DNA of 64,000 nucleotides from positions 68,320 to 132,319 of IMG/VR virus record IMGVR_UViG_3300010396_000001. One strand, 5' to 3'. The notes under the pieces were generated by a model. It was not told the origin of the DNA, made no database searches, and was given only the letters and a program-made list of their open reading frames with translations. The position numbers were made by a program, and so were the translations under genes. Shown piece by piece: positions 1 to 8,986 of this stretch. How positions within the stretch are numbered: position 1 is the first letter of the stretch; the number at the start of each line of letters is the position of its first letter. The DNA comes from a virus (lineage: Duplodnaviria > Heunggongvirae > Uroviricota > Caudoviricetes).

Positions 1-581
1 TGACCCGGCCGAAGATGACCTTCAGTGCCGCAGCCGCCCTGAGCGCCCCCTCGGCGCTGACCGCGACAGCCACGGTCACCCGGTTCGCCACCGCGGCGCT
101 GTCGGCCCCGAGCACGATGAGCGCACGCGGCACGCGGGGCGTCCCGGCCTCGGCCGCGCTCACCGCCCCGAGCACCATGACCGTGCGCGCACAGGCACTG
201 CGCATCGCCACCGCGGCACTGTCGGCCCCGAGCACGATGACCGCGCATGCCGCCCTGGCCCGCAATGGCTCAGCGGCACTGTCGGCCCCGAGCACGATGA
301 CCGCGACGGCTTTCCTCGGCTCCTCGGCAAGCCTGCTGGCGCCCAGCAGGATGGCCGTGGCCGCGGTGGCCACCCAGCTGGCCTCGGCGGCCCTGAGCGC
401 CCCCAGCGTGCTGACCGTGACCGCGACAGCAGGCCCCCGCGGCCGGGAGATCACCATCACGCCGAACGCGATCCCCGGAGTGAACGAGGCGCCGGGCACC
501 GGTGACTTCTCCTCTGTCCCGGTGACCGGCTCCACGGTGACCGCCCAGGTCGAGGACGGGATCTACGACGCCGGATCGTAG
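1..581 (+). CDS. tandem-repeat protein (about 20-aa AALSAPSTMTA-type repeats), probably 5'-truncated by the window edge
   Basis: ORF 15..581 has high GC3. The frame stays open upstream to position 1 and there is no RBS before the ATG at 15. DNA repeats of ~60 nt span 30..440. Confidence 0.4.
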   Translation, partial: TRPKMTFSAAAALSAPSALTATATVTRFATAALSAPSTMSARGTRGVPASAALTAPSTMTVRAQALRIATAALSAPSTMTAHAALARNGSAALSAPSTMTATAFLGSSASLLAPSRMAVAAVATQLASAALSAPSVLTVTATAGPRGREITITPNAIPGVNEAPGTGDFSSVPVTGSTVTAQVEDGIYDAGS

Positions 582-1054
582 GTATCCGGGCTCGGCCAGT
601 CCTCATCCCGGGGATACGGCTTCCTCGCCTCCGGCACGGGCAGGTCAGCCAGCTCGGCCAGTGTCGGCCGGGAGTAGTCCACGAACCGCGGGACCAGGTG
701 GAATCCGCGCCCGCTGCAGCAGCTGCAGGCGCGCACGTTCGCCAGCGGCGGCCGGATGTACGGCGCGCTGGCATCCACCCGGCGCAGGTGATTCGGGATG
801 ATCACCCACTGGCGCCGGGCCGGGTCCAGCCAGAGCAGGCCGCAGCCGTCACATTCCAGGCACTTCTTCTTCCTCAGGTCAGGCCGCTCCACGCTCGCGA
901 CCCAGAAGAATCCGTCATTGTCCCGGAGAAAACGGCGCAGGAAGATAATCAGCACGAGTGAAATTACCAGGCTCAGGAGCACTATCTTCCAGCTGATCCC
1001 GGCCGTTAGCATCACGATGGCTATCCCGGTCCACAGAACGGCGAGCGTCCTCAT
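563..1054 (-). CDS. membrane protein (two N-terminal TM helices, Cys-rich C-terminal half)
   Basis: 163-aa ORF with hydrophobic segments LAVLWTGIAIVMLTAGI and IVLLSLVISLVLIIF, followed by a CxxCDGC cluster. Its stop overlaps the next gene's start. Confidence 0.5.
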   Translation of the reverse strand: MRTLAVLWTGIAIVMLTAGISWKIVLLSLVISLVLIIFLRRFLRDNDGFFWVASVERPDLRKKKCLECDGCGLLWLDPARRQWVIIPNHLRRVDASAPYIRPPLANVRACSCCSGRGFHLVPRFVDYSRPTLAELADLPVPEARKPYPRDEDWPSPDTYDPAS

Positions 1055-1461
1055 GTCTTCTCTCTTTCCAGCGCCCCCATGCTCATGTCCTTACCATGCG
1101 GGCGCAGCTTGCCCAGGTCAATGCGCAGCTCGGCCAGCCGGGCAACAATCTGGTCATACTGGCGCAGCAGGCTCGTCACCTCGGCATCTTCCTCGTAGCT
1201 CCTGACCGGCCGGTCGTGCCAGGGGTAGACGCGCTCCCGGTGACCGTCCGGGTGAATGAGATAGACGCGGTCCTGGATCCCCGACTGACCTCCGGAAGAA
1301 GACGACGGCTGGGTTCTCTCCAGCTCCCGGAGGCGCTTGAATGCATCGGCCAGGGCAGCATCCCGGCCGGGGTAGGAAGGCTGGCACCCGTCTCCGTACT
1401 TGCCGTCAAGCGGGTAAGGCTCGTCGGAGAAGGTGTCATAGCCCTCCAGGCGCCAGGTCAT
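1051..1461 (-). CDS. hypothetical protein
   Basis: 136-aa ORF, translationally coupled to the genes on both sides (4-nt overlaps). Confidence 0.5.
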   Translation of the reverse strand: MTWRLEGYDTFSDEPYPLDGKYGDGCQPSYPGRDAALADAFKRLRELERTQPSSSSGGQSGIQDRVYLIHPDGHRERVYPWHDRPVRSYEEDAEVTSLLRQYDQIVARLAELRIDLGKLRPHGKDMSMGALEREKT

Positions 1462-1919
1462 GACTTATCGTCACCCGCAGCGCTGGCAAGGGCTTCCTTG
1501 ACCGCCTTCGCGAGAAACATGACGCGGCTCTTCTGGAATTCCTCGACTGCCTGGGCGGCCCGGTTACGAGCCTCGATCAGCGCGGTCAGCTCACTGGTTT
1601 CCCCGTCGCTGAGCCGGTGCAGGATCCCGGAGGTGTACTCGCGAAGCTGCTCGGTCCCGCCGCTGAGGTAGCGCACTAGGGTCTGGCCGCTGCTGGCGTG
1701 AATTCCGGTGGCATCGCCGTGCAGGATATCGCTGCCCTTCACGATAGTAAAAGGAACGGTGACGCCGCTGTTCTGGACGGCTTTCCTCAGCTGGATCTTC
1801 AGTCCTTCCAGCGTCTTGTCGCGGAGATACTCACTCTGATAACGAGTGGAGAAAGTCCCGTCGCCGCTGACATCGACCGGGAGCTGGATTCCCTTTACGG
1901 TGACCATGAGCTGTGCCAT
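1458..1919 (-). CDS. hypothetical protein
   Basis: 153-aa ORF with coding-like composition, coupled to its neighbours. Confidence 0.55.
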   Translation of the reverse strand: MAQLMVTVKGIQLPVDVSGDGTFSTRYQSEYLRDKTLEGLKIQLRKAVQNSGVTVPFTIVKGSDILHGDATGIHASSGQTLVRYLSGGTEQLREYTSGILHRLSDGETSELTALIEARNRAAQAVEEFQKSRVMFLAKAVKEALASAAGDDKS

Positions 1920-2155
1920 TACTGATCATTCCCCTCGGTGCACTCGTCGGCGATCTCGCCGAGGATGGAGCGAGCCTGGCGCAGGTGGGCGAGGGCCTCG
2001 CTGAGCCGCTGTTCGAGCAGCCCGTTGCCTGCCTTGCGCTGCCGCTCTTCGTACCACTCGATGTCGCGGGCGAGGTTGTCGGCGCTGAGTTCGGCCGACC
2101 GGGTGCAGACGCGGGTCTGCCTGCGAAGCTCGGCGTCGCCGATCTGGATTGCCAT
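1919..2155 (-). CDS. small hypothetical protein (78 aa)
   Basis: Internal ATG (reverse complement of 2153-2155) inside the long antisense ORF 1919..3061. It is the first gene of a leftward operon that diverges from the 2240 gene. Confidence 0.4.
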   Translation of the reverse strand: MAIQIGDAELRRQTRVCTRSAELSADNLARDIEWYEERQRKAGNGLLEQRLSEALAHLRQARSILGEIADECTEGNDQ

Positions 2156-2180
2156 GGCTGCTGTCCCCTCCTGGCGTTGC

Positions 2181-2209
2181 TTGACGAATGTAAGGTATCT
2201 TGCTAGCCT
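2181..2209 (+). promoter_or_regulatory. candidate sigma-A-type promoter (TTGACG-17 nt-TAGCCT) in a divergent intergenic region
   Basis: -35 TTGACG at 2181-2186 and a -10-like TAGCCT at 2204-2209, ahead of the RBS GGAGAAGGAGAAG and the ATG at 2240. Confidence 0.3.
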
Positions 2210-2239
2210 CTTGCGAGTCAACCGGAGAAGGAGAAGATC

Positions 2240-3007
2240 ATGACAGCGAGTACCGACAGCACCGCGCTGGAGCCGCTGGCCCCCGGCATGCTGGAGCTGA
2301 TCAGCGACAGCAAGCCCTGGACCGTGCCCGGCGTCATCGAGAAGCTGGCTGAGGCCGACGCTCCGGCGCCTCCGGACGAGCAGCCGTTCCCGCCGCTGCC
2401 CCCCATTATCGAGCTGACCGACGAGCAGCGCTCCGCGCTCCGCAACATCTCGAAGGTCTTCGGCGTGGTGCACCCGTCCGAGCGCCGGGCCCTGACCACC
2501 GACGAGCTGCAGGTGCTGGCCGGGGAGCAGGAGCAGATCAAGATCCTGCTCGACGTGCTGAGCCCGCGCAAGGACGAGATCAGCGAGATCATCCGCCACC
2601 ACCTCGACGTCACCGCCGAGCTGCAGGGCCTGGCCATCCCGAGGCCGCAGACCGGCCGCTCCGGCGCGGTCACCCGCGAGGCCACTCCCCGCGACCGGAA
2701 GGGCCACTACCTGCTGGCCCAGCCGAAGAAGCCGTTCAAGGTCCTGGTAGCCGGATGGAAGAAGGGCTGGGAGCAGCGCTTCGTCTCCGGCAGCCCGTCC
2801 CTGTCCCAGGACGCACTGGAGGACCTGCGGGCCACCGGGCAGATCAACCGCGAGGAGTACCTGGGCTTCACCCGCGAGACGCGGGTCCTGGACGAGGCCA
2901 GGGTGCAGGCCTTCAGCCGCCGTCACCCCGTCCGCGGCCTGCAGATCATGCGGGCGATCACCCGCCGTACCCAGGCCAACTCCTCGCTGTACGGCCCGAG
3001 CAAGTGA
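2240..3007 (+). CDS. hypothetical protein
   Basis: 255-aa ORF with a strong RBS (GGAGAAGGAGAAGATC ATG). Confidence 0.6.
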   Translation: MTASTDSTALEPLAPGMLELISDSKPWTVPGVIEKLAEADAPAPPDEQPFPPLPPIIELTDEQRSALRNISKVFGVVHPSERRALTTDELQVLAGEQEQIKILLDVLSPRKDEISEIIRHHLDVTAELQGLAIPRPQTGRSGAVTREATPRDRKGHYLLAQPKKPFKVLVAGWKKGWEQRFVSGSPSLSQDALEDLRATGQINREEYLGFTRETRVLDEARVQAFSRRHPVRGLQIMRAITRRTQANSSLYGPSK

Positions 3008-3387
3008 AAGCAGGACTGGACCTGGAGGCCCTGCGCGAGCTGTGCCCGCAGGACGCGGCACTCATCGACCAGCTGGCTGCCGCGAAGGTCTTCTTCTATG
3101 ACGGTCCTGGCATCATCATCAGCCACGGCCGGAAGCTGAGCGGGGAGCAGGCCCGCACGCTGGTCGCCCAGGCGGGCTACAACCCCATGGCCGGCACGCG
3201 CTCGGACCCGCTGCCCAGGCGAGCCGTGAGATCCCCGCTCGTGACCTTCCTCAATACCCTGGAGGTCGCCATGTGGGCCGAGGGCAGCGATCCTGAGGCC
3301 GGCCTGCGCGTCCTGAACCGGATGATCTACGGGGATCCCCTCGGACCCCCGGCTGACCCTGCTGCCGCGGAGGAGCCTCATGCCTGA
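3004..3387 (+). CDS. hypothetical protein
   Basis: GTG start overlapping the upstream stop (GTGA), in frame with the C-terminal part of ORF 2755..3387. Confidence 0.45.
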   Translation: MKAGLDLEALRELCPQDAALIDQLAAAKVFFYDGPGIIISHGRKLSGEQARTLVAQAGYNPMAGTRSDPLPRRAVRSPLVTFLNTLEVAMWAEGSDPEAGLRVLNRMIYGDPLGPPADPAAAEEPHA

Positions 3388-3883
3388 AGATCTCGCGATC
3401 CCGCCTGACTACCCCAGCTGGGTCGAGGCGCCCGGCACCCGCTGGTGGATTCCCGAGGGAATGGCCGGCGGCCCGGACTTCTCCGTCAAGGAAGCCGGGA
3501 AGATCTTCTTCCGCAAGTCCGGCTCCTGGCTGCGGATGCGCATGCAGCCCACCCCCCGCCACCCTCATGGATGGTTCACTGACGAGGACGGCTACCCGCT
3601 GGACATCCAGCGGCGCCAGGGCGCTGACGCCTCTTACTCGTTCCGCCGGTTCGACCTGGCCACCATCGAGCGGATGGCCTGGTCGGCCTACCGGCACGAG
3701 ATCGAGGACCTGGTCGCCTGGTACCAGGAGAACCCGAAGACCGGCAAGCGCGGCGAGCACCGGGCCCTGCGCTACCGGGAGCGCGCGGCCGACTCCGTCC
3801 GCCACCTGGTAATCGCCATCGAGCTGGTCAAGTGGGAGGCCCGGCTGTACGGCCTGATCCCGGACGAGGCGCCTCGTGCCTGA
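3380..3883 (+). CDS. hypothetical protein
   Basis: 167-aa ORF whose ATG overlaps the end of the previous gene. Confidence 0.55.
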   Translation: MPEDLAIPPDYPSWVEAPGTRWWIPEGMAGGPDFSVKEAGKIFFRKSGSWLRMRMQPTPRHPHGWFTDEDGYPLDIQRRQGADASYSFRRFDLATIERMAWSAYRHEIEDLVAWYQENPKTGKRGEHRALRYRERAADSVRHLVIAIELVKWEARLYGLIPDEAPRA

Positions 3884-4496
3884 GATCCCGCGCCGGGCCG
3901 CTGCCGCCGGGCCCCGCCTGCCGACCTGGACCGTAGGCGTAAGCGACTGGCCGATCGACCGGGCACCCTATGACCTCACCCCGGACGAGGCGATCAGCGC
4001 ACTCGCCACGCCGCACGATGCCGTCTGCGGCACCGAGCACGACGGCACGTGCCTGCCGCCGCCTACGGAAGGACCCGAGATGAGCAAGTTCCTGCACGAG
4101 TTCACCCCGGCCGAGGTAGCCGCGGGCCGGGCGCTGTTCGAGGCGGCCGAGGCCCGGCGGGCGCCCCCGCCGGTCCTGTGCTCGCCGCTGACCTGGGAGC
4201 GGTGCACTCCCCGCGCCCAGATCACCTGGATCGAGGACGCGATGACAGTCGTGCATGCCTGGCAGGGATCGAGCGTGGTCCGGCCACCCGGGGCTCCGGT
4301 TTCCGCGGCTGCTGCCGCACCGGATCAGGTCCACGCGCACGGCTGCGAGTATGACCACCGGCCGCACCGCGGCAGCTGCTTCCCGGGCCCGATCGCTCAC
4401 GGTGAGTGCGTGAAGGTGCCATGGACTGCCACCGATGGCCACACTCATGAGGGCGAGACCGGCTGGTGGAAGTTCGGCGCGGAGGACGGCACATGA
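3876..4496 (+). CDS. hypothetical Cys/His-containing protein
   Basis: 206-aa ORF, coupled to the downstream exonuclease gene through an ATGA overlap. Confidence 0.5.
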   Translation: MPEIPRRAAAAGPRLPTWTVGVSDWPIDRAPYDLTPDEAISALATPHDAVCGTEHDGTCLPPPTEGPEMSKFLHEFTPAEVAAGRALFEAAEARRAPPPVLCSPLTWERCTPRAQITWIEDAMTVVHAWQGSSVVRPPGAPVSAAAAAPDQVHAHGCEYDHRPHRGSCFPGPIAHGECVKVPWTATDGHTHEGETGWWKFGAEDGT

Positions 4497-5392
4497 GCCT
4501 GCTGCTGATCGACGCGACCGGACTGCTGGTCCGCTCCGAGCGCGCCGGGCGCGACAGCGGCATGACCGCCGAGGTCGATGACGAGACGATCTTGACCGGG
4601 CCGCTGTTCCTGTTCATCAGGAGCGTCTGCGGCTACCTGCGCGAGCACAAGCCCGATTATGCTCTTGCCGCCTGGGACGGCCCGGATGCAGCCGGGTGGC
4701 GCCGCGGGCAGTACCCGCTGTACAAGGCGAACCGGCCGCCGCCTCCTGATCATGACAGCGCATATGCCCGGACTACCTGGCGATTCCTGGACGCTCTCGG
4801 GATAGCTCAGATGCGCATCCGGGGATTCGAGGGAGATGATCTTATCTCCTGGGCCTGCTGGCGGGCGAGCCACGAGGAGACAGGGGATATCCTCATCCGC
4901 TCGGATGATGCTGACCTGCACCAGCTGCTCGGTTTCGGCACCATCCAGTTCGGCCTCGGCGGGAACAGCATGCCCATGACCGGAGGAGACATTATTGCGA
5001 GCTACGGGGTGACCGCCCCGGCCCTGCCGAAATTCCGCGCAATTGCCGGGGACCGCAGTGACAATATCCCCGGAATGCCAGGTATCGGGCCGAAGACCGC
5101 GGTAAAGCTGCTGCAGCGGGCGCAATGGCAGCTGGAAGGGATCTCGCACAAGTCGCTTGACGGTGATGATCACCTGCGGCAGGCTCTTGCTACCTACCGG
5201 CGCATCCTCGACCTGAGCGAGCGCCGGGAAGATCTGGATCGCTGTATCAACCGCGACGGGGCCAGCCCCTACAGCATCGCCCGGGCCTGCCAGTGGAAGC
5301 CGGGCGAGGCCGTGCTGCGCGCTCGCCGGATTTTCGAGAAATACGACATGGAATCCCTGGTCAGAGCCCTTGACAACGGCCGTCTCTGGTAG
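4493..5392 (+). CDS. 5'-3' exonuclease / flap endonuclease (Pol I N-terminal-like, PIN fold)
   Basis: LLLIDATGLLVRS and PLYKANRPP motifs, C-terminal helix-hairpin-helix-like GMPGIGPKTAVKLL. The ATG at 4493 overlaps the upstream stop. Confidence 0.75.
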   Translation: MSLLLIDATGLLVRSERAGRDSGMTAEVDDETILTGPLFLFIRSVCGYLREHKPDYALAAWDGPDAAGWRRGQYPLYKANRPPPPDHDSAYARTTWRFLDALGIAQMRIRGFEGDDLISWACWRASHEETGDILIRSDDADLHQLLGFGTIQFGLGGNSMPMTGGDIIASYGVTAPALPKFRAIAGDRSDNIPGMPGIGPKTAVKLLQRAQWQLEGISHKSLDGDDHLRQALATYRRILDLSERREDLDRCINRDGASPYSIARACQWKPGEAVLRARRIFEKYDMESLVRALDNGRLW

Positions 5393-5393
5393 C

Positions 5394-5422
5394 TTGACCC
5401 CGGCTGCCCGGGGTCGTACGAT
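5394..5422 (+). promoter_or_regulatory. candidate promoter TTGACC-17 nt-TACGAT; the spacer is also a perfect 8-bp stem-loop (possible terminator of the exonuclease gene)
   Basis: TTGACC at 5394-5399 and TACGAT at 5417-5422. Hairpin GACCCCGG-ctgc-CCGGGGTC at 5396-5415. Confidence 0.3.
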
Positions 5423-5487
5423 CCTCGGTACGGGTGCTCCCCGGGCGCCCTCGTGAGATCTTCTTCTGCTTCGTGAGGGGTACCCCC

Positions 5488-5871
5488 ATGCCTGTCTCAG
5501 CCCTGCCCGTCGCGACCAGCCCGGTCACCATCTGCGCAGTCTCCGTCACGGAGGTCTCGGCGCGGCTGGCGGCGCTCGGCAGCGCAGGCCCCGGGGACTG
5601 GAATGAGGACGACCTCGCCTTTTACATTCGCGAGGAAATCGGCAGGCTCCACGGCCCTCAGCTGCCGTGCCCGGGAGAGGACCGCATTCTCCGGGAATTC
5701 TGGCAGCGGTTCGGGTCAGATGGCGTCCTCATCGCGAGGGCGGCGTTCGAGGCAATGAACGGAATGTACATGGGCGCGCCAGTAACGGTGCGCCGTTTCA
5801 GTTCCGGGCATGACGATTTCTTCTCGCTGCCCGTCCTGAAGGACCTGGGCATCGCCCGCGCTCAGTTCTAG
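5488..5871 (+). CDS. hypothetical protein
   Basis: ATG at 5488 preceded by GAGGGGTA. 127-aa product. Confidence 0.5.
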   Translation: MPVSALPVATSPVTICAVSVTEVSARLAALGSAGPGDWNEDDLAFYIREEIGRLHGPQLPCPGEDRILREFWQRFGSDGVLIARAAFEAMNGMYMGAPVTVRRFSSGHDDFFSLPVLKDLGIARAQF

Positions 5872-5904
5872 TTTCCCCAGGTTCCGCCAGACGATGGGAT
5901 TGCC

Positions 5905-8418
5905 ATGCCCTCAGACAGCGGAACTCCCGCGCCATGGCCAGATGACGCGGGAGTCCCGAGCGAGATCACTTCTTCTTCTGCCGCTAACAATAGCGAGAGA
6001 ACAGATGAGCCGCAACAAGAGCCGCGGAATGTAGCTTTCGGCAGCCTGCCCCGCGCTCACGAGCAGCGCCGCCTGGAGCTGCTGGATGCCGCGGTCGGCT
6101 ATGCCCAGATGGGCTGGCGGATCATCCCGCTGTGCTGGACCGAGGACGACGGGTCCTGCGGCTACAGCGGCCACAACAAGCGCGAGAAGTGCACGAGCGC
6201 GGGCAAGCGCGCAATTCTGGACGACTGGCCGAACCGGGCGACCAGCGACCCGGTGATCGCCGCCCAGTGGTGGCGCCAGCCCTCGGCCCCGCTCGACACC
6301 GAGGAATGGTACCCCCTGGCCAGCATCGGCCTGGTTCTCGGTGAGGACTCCGGCGTCTTCGCCCTGGACGTCGATCCCGAGCACGGCGGCCTGGAGCGCC
6401 TGGAGGCCCTGCAGCAGCGGCACGGGCCGCTGCCTCCGACCCGCGTGCACCAGACGGGCAGCGGCGGCGAGCATTACCTGTGGCGCCATCCGGGGTTCCG
6501 GGTGCACAACCTCAAGCCCTGGGGTAAGGACGCCGGGCTGGACGTCAAGGGCGACCGCGGGTACATCGTCCTGCCGCCCAGCCGCAGCTACAAGGGGGAG
6601 TACACCGTCTCGGCGGTCATGGCCGAGGCCGAGGTGCTGGTCGCGCCCGAGTGGATCCTGGAGCCCCTGCGCAGCGCCAACGCCGCCCAGCACGGCGAGC
6701 GCACCGGCAACGCCGAGGCACTCCCGACCCGGCTGCTCAGCCGGTACACCGAGAGCGCCCTGAAGGGCGAGGCCTTCGCGGTGGCCGGCGCCCCCGACGG
6801 CGACATGAACAACTCGCTGAACAATGCCGCGCTCAAGCTCGGCTCGCTCGGCGCGCACGGCCTGATCAGCGAGGACGAGGCCCGCAACGTGCTGCGTGAT
6901 GCCTGCGTGCAGAACGGCTACATCCACTGGAAGGGCATCGGGGCGTTCGAGGCCACTTTCCGCTCAGGCTGGAAGGCGGGCCTGGCCCGGCCGCGGGACC
7001 TGGCCGGCATCGGGGGCCTGACCGAGCAGGAATGGCCCATCCTGCCCTGGGACGACTTCGGCCTGTCCGACCGCATGGTTGTCTACTACGGCGATCAGAT
7101 GAGGTGGGTAGAGGACTGGCAGACCTGGATGACCTACCGGGCCGGATCCTGGTCCCGGCAGTTCGTCACCGAGGCCGAGCGCCTGGCCGAGACCATGATG
7201 CGGCTGCTGCGGGTCACCGAGAAGCCCCTGTACGCCGGTGACGGTGACGGGGACAACGAGAACTCGCCCCGGCAGAAGTTCGAAGCATGGCTCACCAGGT
7301 CCAGCACCCACGCCAAGGTGGCCTCCACCGTCAAGCTGGCCCGGCACCGGCCGTCGCTGCGGGCCAGCCCGGACCAGTTCGACGGCCAGCCGGCCATGCT
7401 GAACGTGACCAACGGCATCGTCAGCCTGGAGGGCGGCACGATCGCCCCGCACTCGCCGGAGTCCATGCTCACGCTCAAGGCCGCCGCGGACTTCAACCCG
7501 CGGGCCGTGTGCCCCCGCTGGGAGGCCTTCCTCGCCCGGGTGCAGCCCGACCCGGAGATCCGCTCCTACCTGCAGCGGATCACCGGCTACTCGGCGACCG
7601 GCTCGATCCGCGAGCAGGTGTTCTTCCTGCACCACGGCACCGGCGCCAACGGCAAGTCCGTCTTCCACGACGTGGTCATGCACGTGCTCGGCAGCTACGT
7701 CCAGTCCGTCCCGGTCGAGGCGCTGATGGCCTCGGGCGCCGACCGCATCCCTAACGACATCGCCCGCATGGTCGGGCGCCGGTACCTGACCGCCTCGGAG
7801 ACCAAGGCAGGCCGTTTCCTGGATGAGGCGCGGCTGAAGCAGCTCACCGGCGGCGACACTATCTCCGCCCGGTTCATGCGGGGGGAGTACTTCGAGTTCA
7901 AGCCGGTCGGCAAGATCCACCTGATCACTAACCAGCTGCCCAGGCTGTCGGAGGACTCGGCTACCTGGCGCCGGATCCACCTCATCCCCTGGGGCGAGGT
8001 CATCCCGGAGTCCGAGCGCGACGGCCTGCTGGCCGAGCGGCTGATCCGCGAGGAGTCCGAGGGGATCCTGCGCTGGATCGTCGAGGGCGCTACCCAGTGG
8101 TTCGCCATCGGCCTGTCGGCCCCGAGCACGTCGATCGAGGCGAAGGAGGAGTACGAGCGCGACGAGCAGACTCTCGGCCGCTGGATCGAGGAGGCCTGCA
8201 ACGTCTTCGAGGTGACCGATGACACGCGCCTGGCCAGCGGGGGCGAGAGGGGCGTCCTGTATGCCCACTACAAGATGTGGATGCAGACCAACGGCTTCCA
8301 GCCGGTCAACAACCGGAACTTCCACAGCGAGATGAAGACCAAGGGCTTCAGGGAGTCCAAGAGCCACGGGCGCCGGGGCTACCTCGGCATCAGCGTGCGG
8401 ATGGACGCCCAGAGCTAG
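5905..8418 (+). CDS. bifunctional DNA primase-polymerase / P4-D5 family SF3 helicase
   Basis: Prim-Pol N-domain (GWRIIPLCWTEDDGSCGYSGHNKREKCTSAGKRAILDDW), and a Walker A (HHGTGANGKSVF) in a D5_N/P4-alpha-like C-terminal region. Confidence 0.85.
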   Translation: MPSDSGTPAPWPDDAGVPSEITSSSAANNSERTDEPQQEPRNVAFGSLPRAHEQRRLELLDAAVGYAQMGWRIIPLCWTEDDGSCGYSGHNKREKCTSAGKRAILDDWPNRATSDPVIAAQWWRQPSAPLDTEEWYPLASIGLVLGEDSGVFALDVDPEHGGLERLEALQQRHGPLPPTRVHQTGSGGEHYLWRHPGFRVHNLKPWGKDAGLDVKGDRGYIVLPPSRSYKGEYTVSAVMAEAEVLVAPEWILEPLRSANAAQHGERTGNAEALPTRLLSRYTESALKGEAFAVAGAPDGDMNNSLNNAALKLGSLGAHGLISEDEARNVLRDACVQNGYIHWKGIGAFEATFRSGWKAGLARPRDLAGIGGLTEQEWPILPWDDFGLSDRMVVYYGDQMRWVEDWQTWMTYRAGSWSRQFVTEAERLAETMMRLLRVTEKPLYAGDGDGDNENSPRQKFEAWLTRSSTHAKVASTVKLARHRPSLRASPDQFDGQPAMLNVTNGIVSLEGGTIAPHSPESMLTLKAAADFNPRAVCPRWEAFLARVQPDPEIRSYLQRITGYSATGSIREQVFFLHHGTGANGKSVFHDVVMHVLGSYVQSVPVEALMASGADRIPNDIARMVGRRYLTASETKAGRFLDEARLKQLTGGDTISARFMRGEYFEFKPVGKIHLITNQLPRLSEDSATWRRIHLIPWGEVIPESERDGLLAERLIREESEGILRWIVEGATQWFAIGLSAPSTSIEAKEEYERDEQTLGRWIEEACNVFEVTDDTRLASGGERGVLYAHYKMWMQTNGFQPVNNRNFHSEMKTKGFRESKSHGRRGYLGISVRMDAQS

Positions 8419-8429
8419 CTCAGCCACGA

Positions 8430-8466
8430 GGCCCGGCCGGGCAGTCTCCGGCCGGGCCTCTCTTGT
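8430..8466 (+). terminator. intrinsic-terminator-like hairpin downstream of the primase gene
   Basis: Perfect 11-bp stem GGCCCGGCCGG / CCGGCCGGGCC with a 7-nt loop, followed by TCTCTTGT. Confidence 0.45.
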
Positions 8467-8930
8467 GCCCCCGCCTGGTTACTCAAAGGTACATCTCGTC
8501 ACTCTAGAGATGCTGTACTGGAAGTATAGTTTTCCGTATAACCCCGTAACCGGGGGCAGGAGCGCCGCGGGGGCACATAGACCCTCCGGGGGCAGGAGCA
8601 AGTGGATTGTTGAAAGTCCAAGTGCCCCCTCCTAATAGGGGTAGAAAGCCCAGCTCAAGGAGAGATTTCGAGAAACGGGGGCACGGGGGCACATGGGGGC
8701 AGCAGTTTTGCGGTCAGTTTTGATTTTGCTAAATGATCTTGTAGCGACTCAGTCACTAAGAGTGTGCGACAGGACCTGGCGGAAAAATCTGAGCTAACCG
8801 CGAAAATGCTGCCCCCATGTGCCCCCGTGCCCCCGACCATGATCAACAGCTATCTGACGTGGGAATATAGACCATTATCACTGGGGGCACTTTCGGGGGC
8901 ACCGGGGCACTTTCGCGTGCCCCGAGGGAA
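8466..8930. repeat. non-coding region with about 14 copies of the octamer GGGGGCAC / GTGCCCCC in both orientations, including triple tandem copies and a 38-bp inverted repeat. Candidate origin of replication or regulator-binding array.
   Basis: Octamers at 8466, 8555, 8571, 8589, 8622, 8678-8706 (three tandem), 8808-8834 (three, inverted), 8884-8925. The local sequence is AT-richer than its surroundings. Confidence 0.6.
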
Positions 8931-8986
8931 GCTAGACCACCCTCGTGCCGCCGGATAGGCTGGCGGCACCCTAGACGGGAGGCATC

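Noticed and set aside
1919-3061. 380-aa minus-strand ORF antisense to the 2240..3007 gene
   Set aside because: Arg/Ala/Gly-rich translation typical of a high-GC antisense frame. Only its last 78 codons (1919..2155), beyond the + gene and upstream of a divergent promoter, look like a real small gene.
5911-8427. Long minus-strand ORFs (5911..6927, 6964..8427) antisense to the primase-helicase gene
   Set aside because: No recognisable motifs and low-complexity R/A/G/P-rich sequence. The + strand product has strong conserved Prim-Pol and SF3 helicase motifs.
8466-8930. CRISPR array
   Set aside because: The repeats are 8-mers in both orientations with irregular spacing and tandem runs. There are no regularly spaced 28-37-nt direct repeats and no cas genes.
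8504-8958. Three 60-odd-codon ORFs inside the octamer-repeat region
   Set aside because: Their sequences are translations of GGGGGCAC repeats (GGTGAHGGS etc.) with no RBS. The region is better explained as non-coding repeat DNA.
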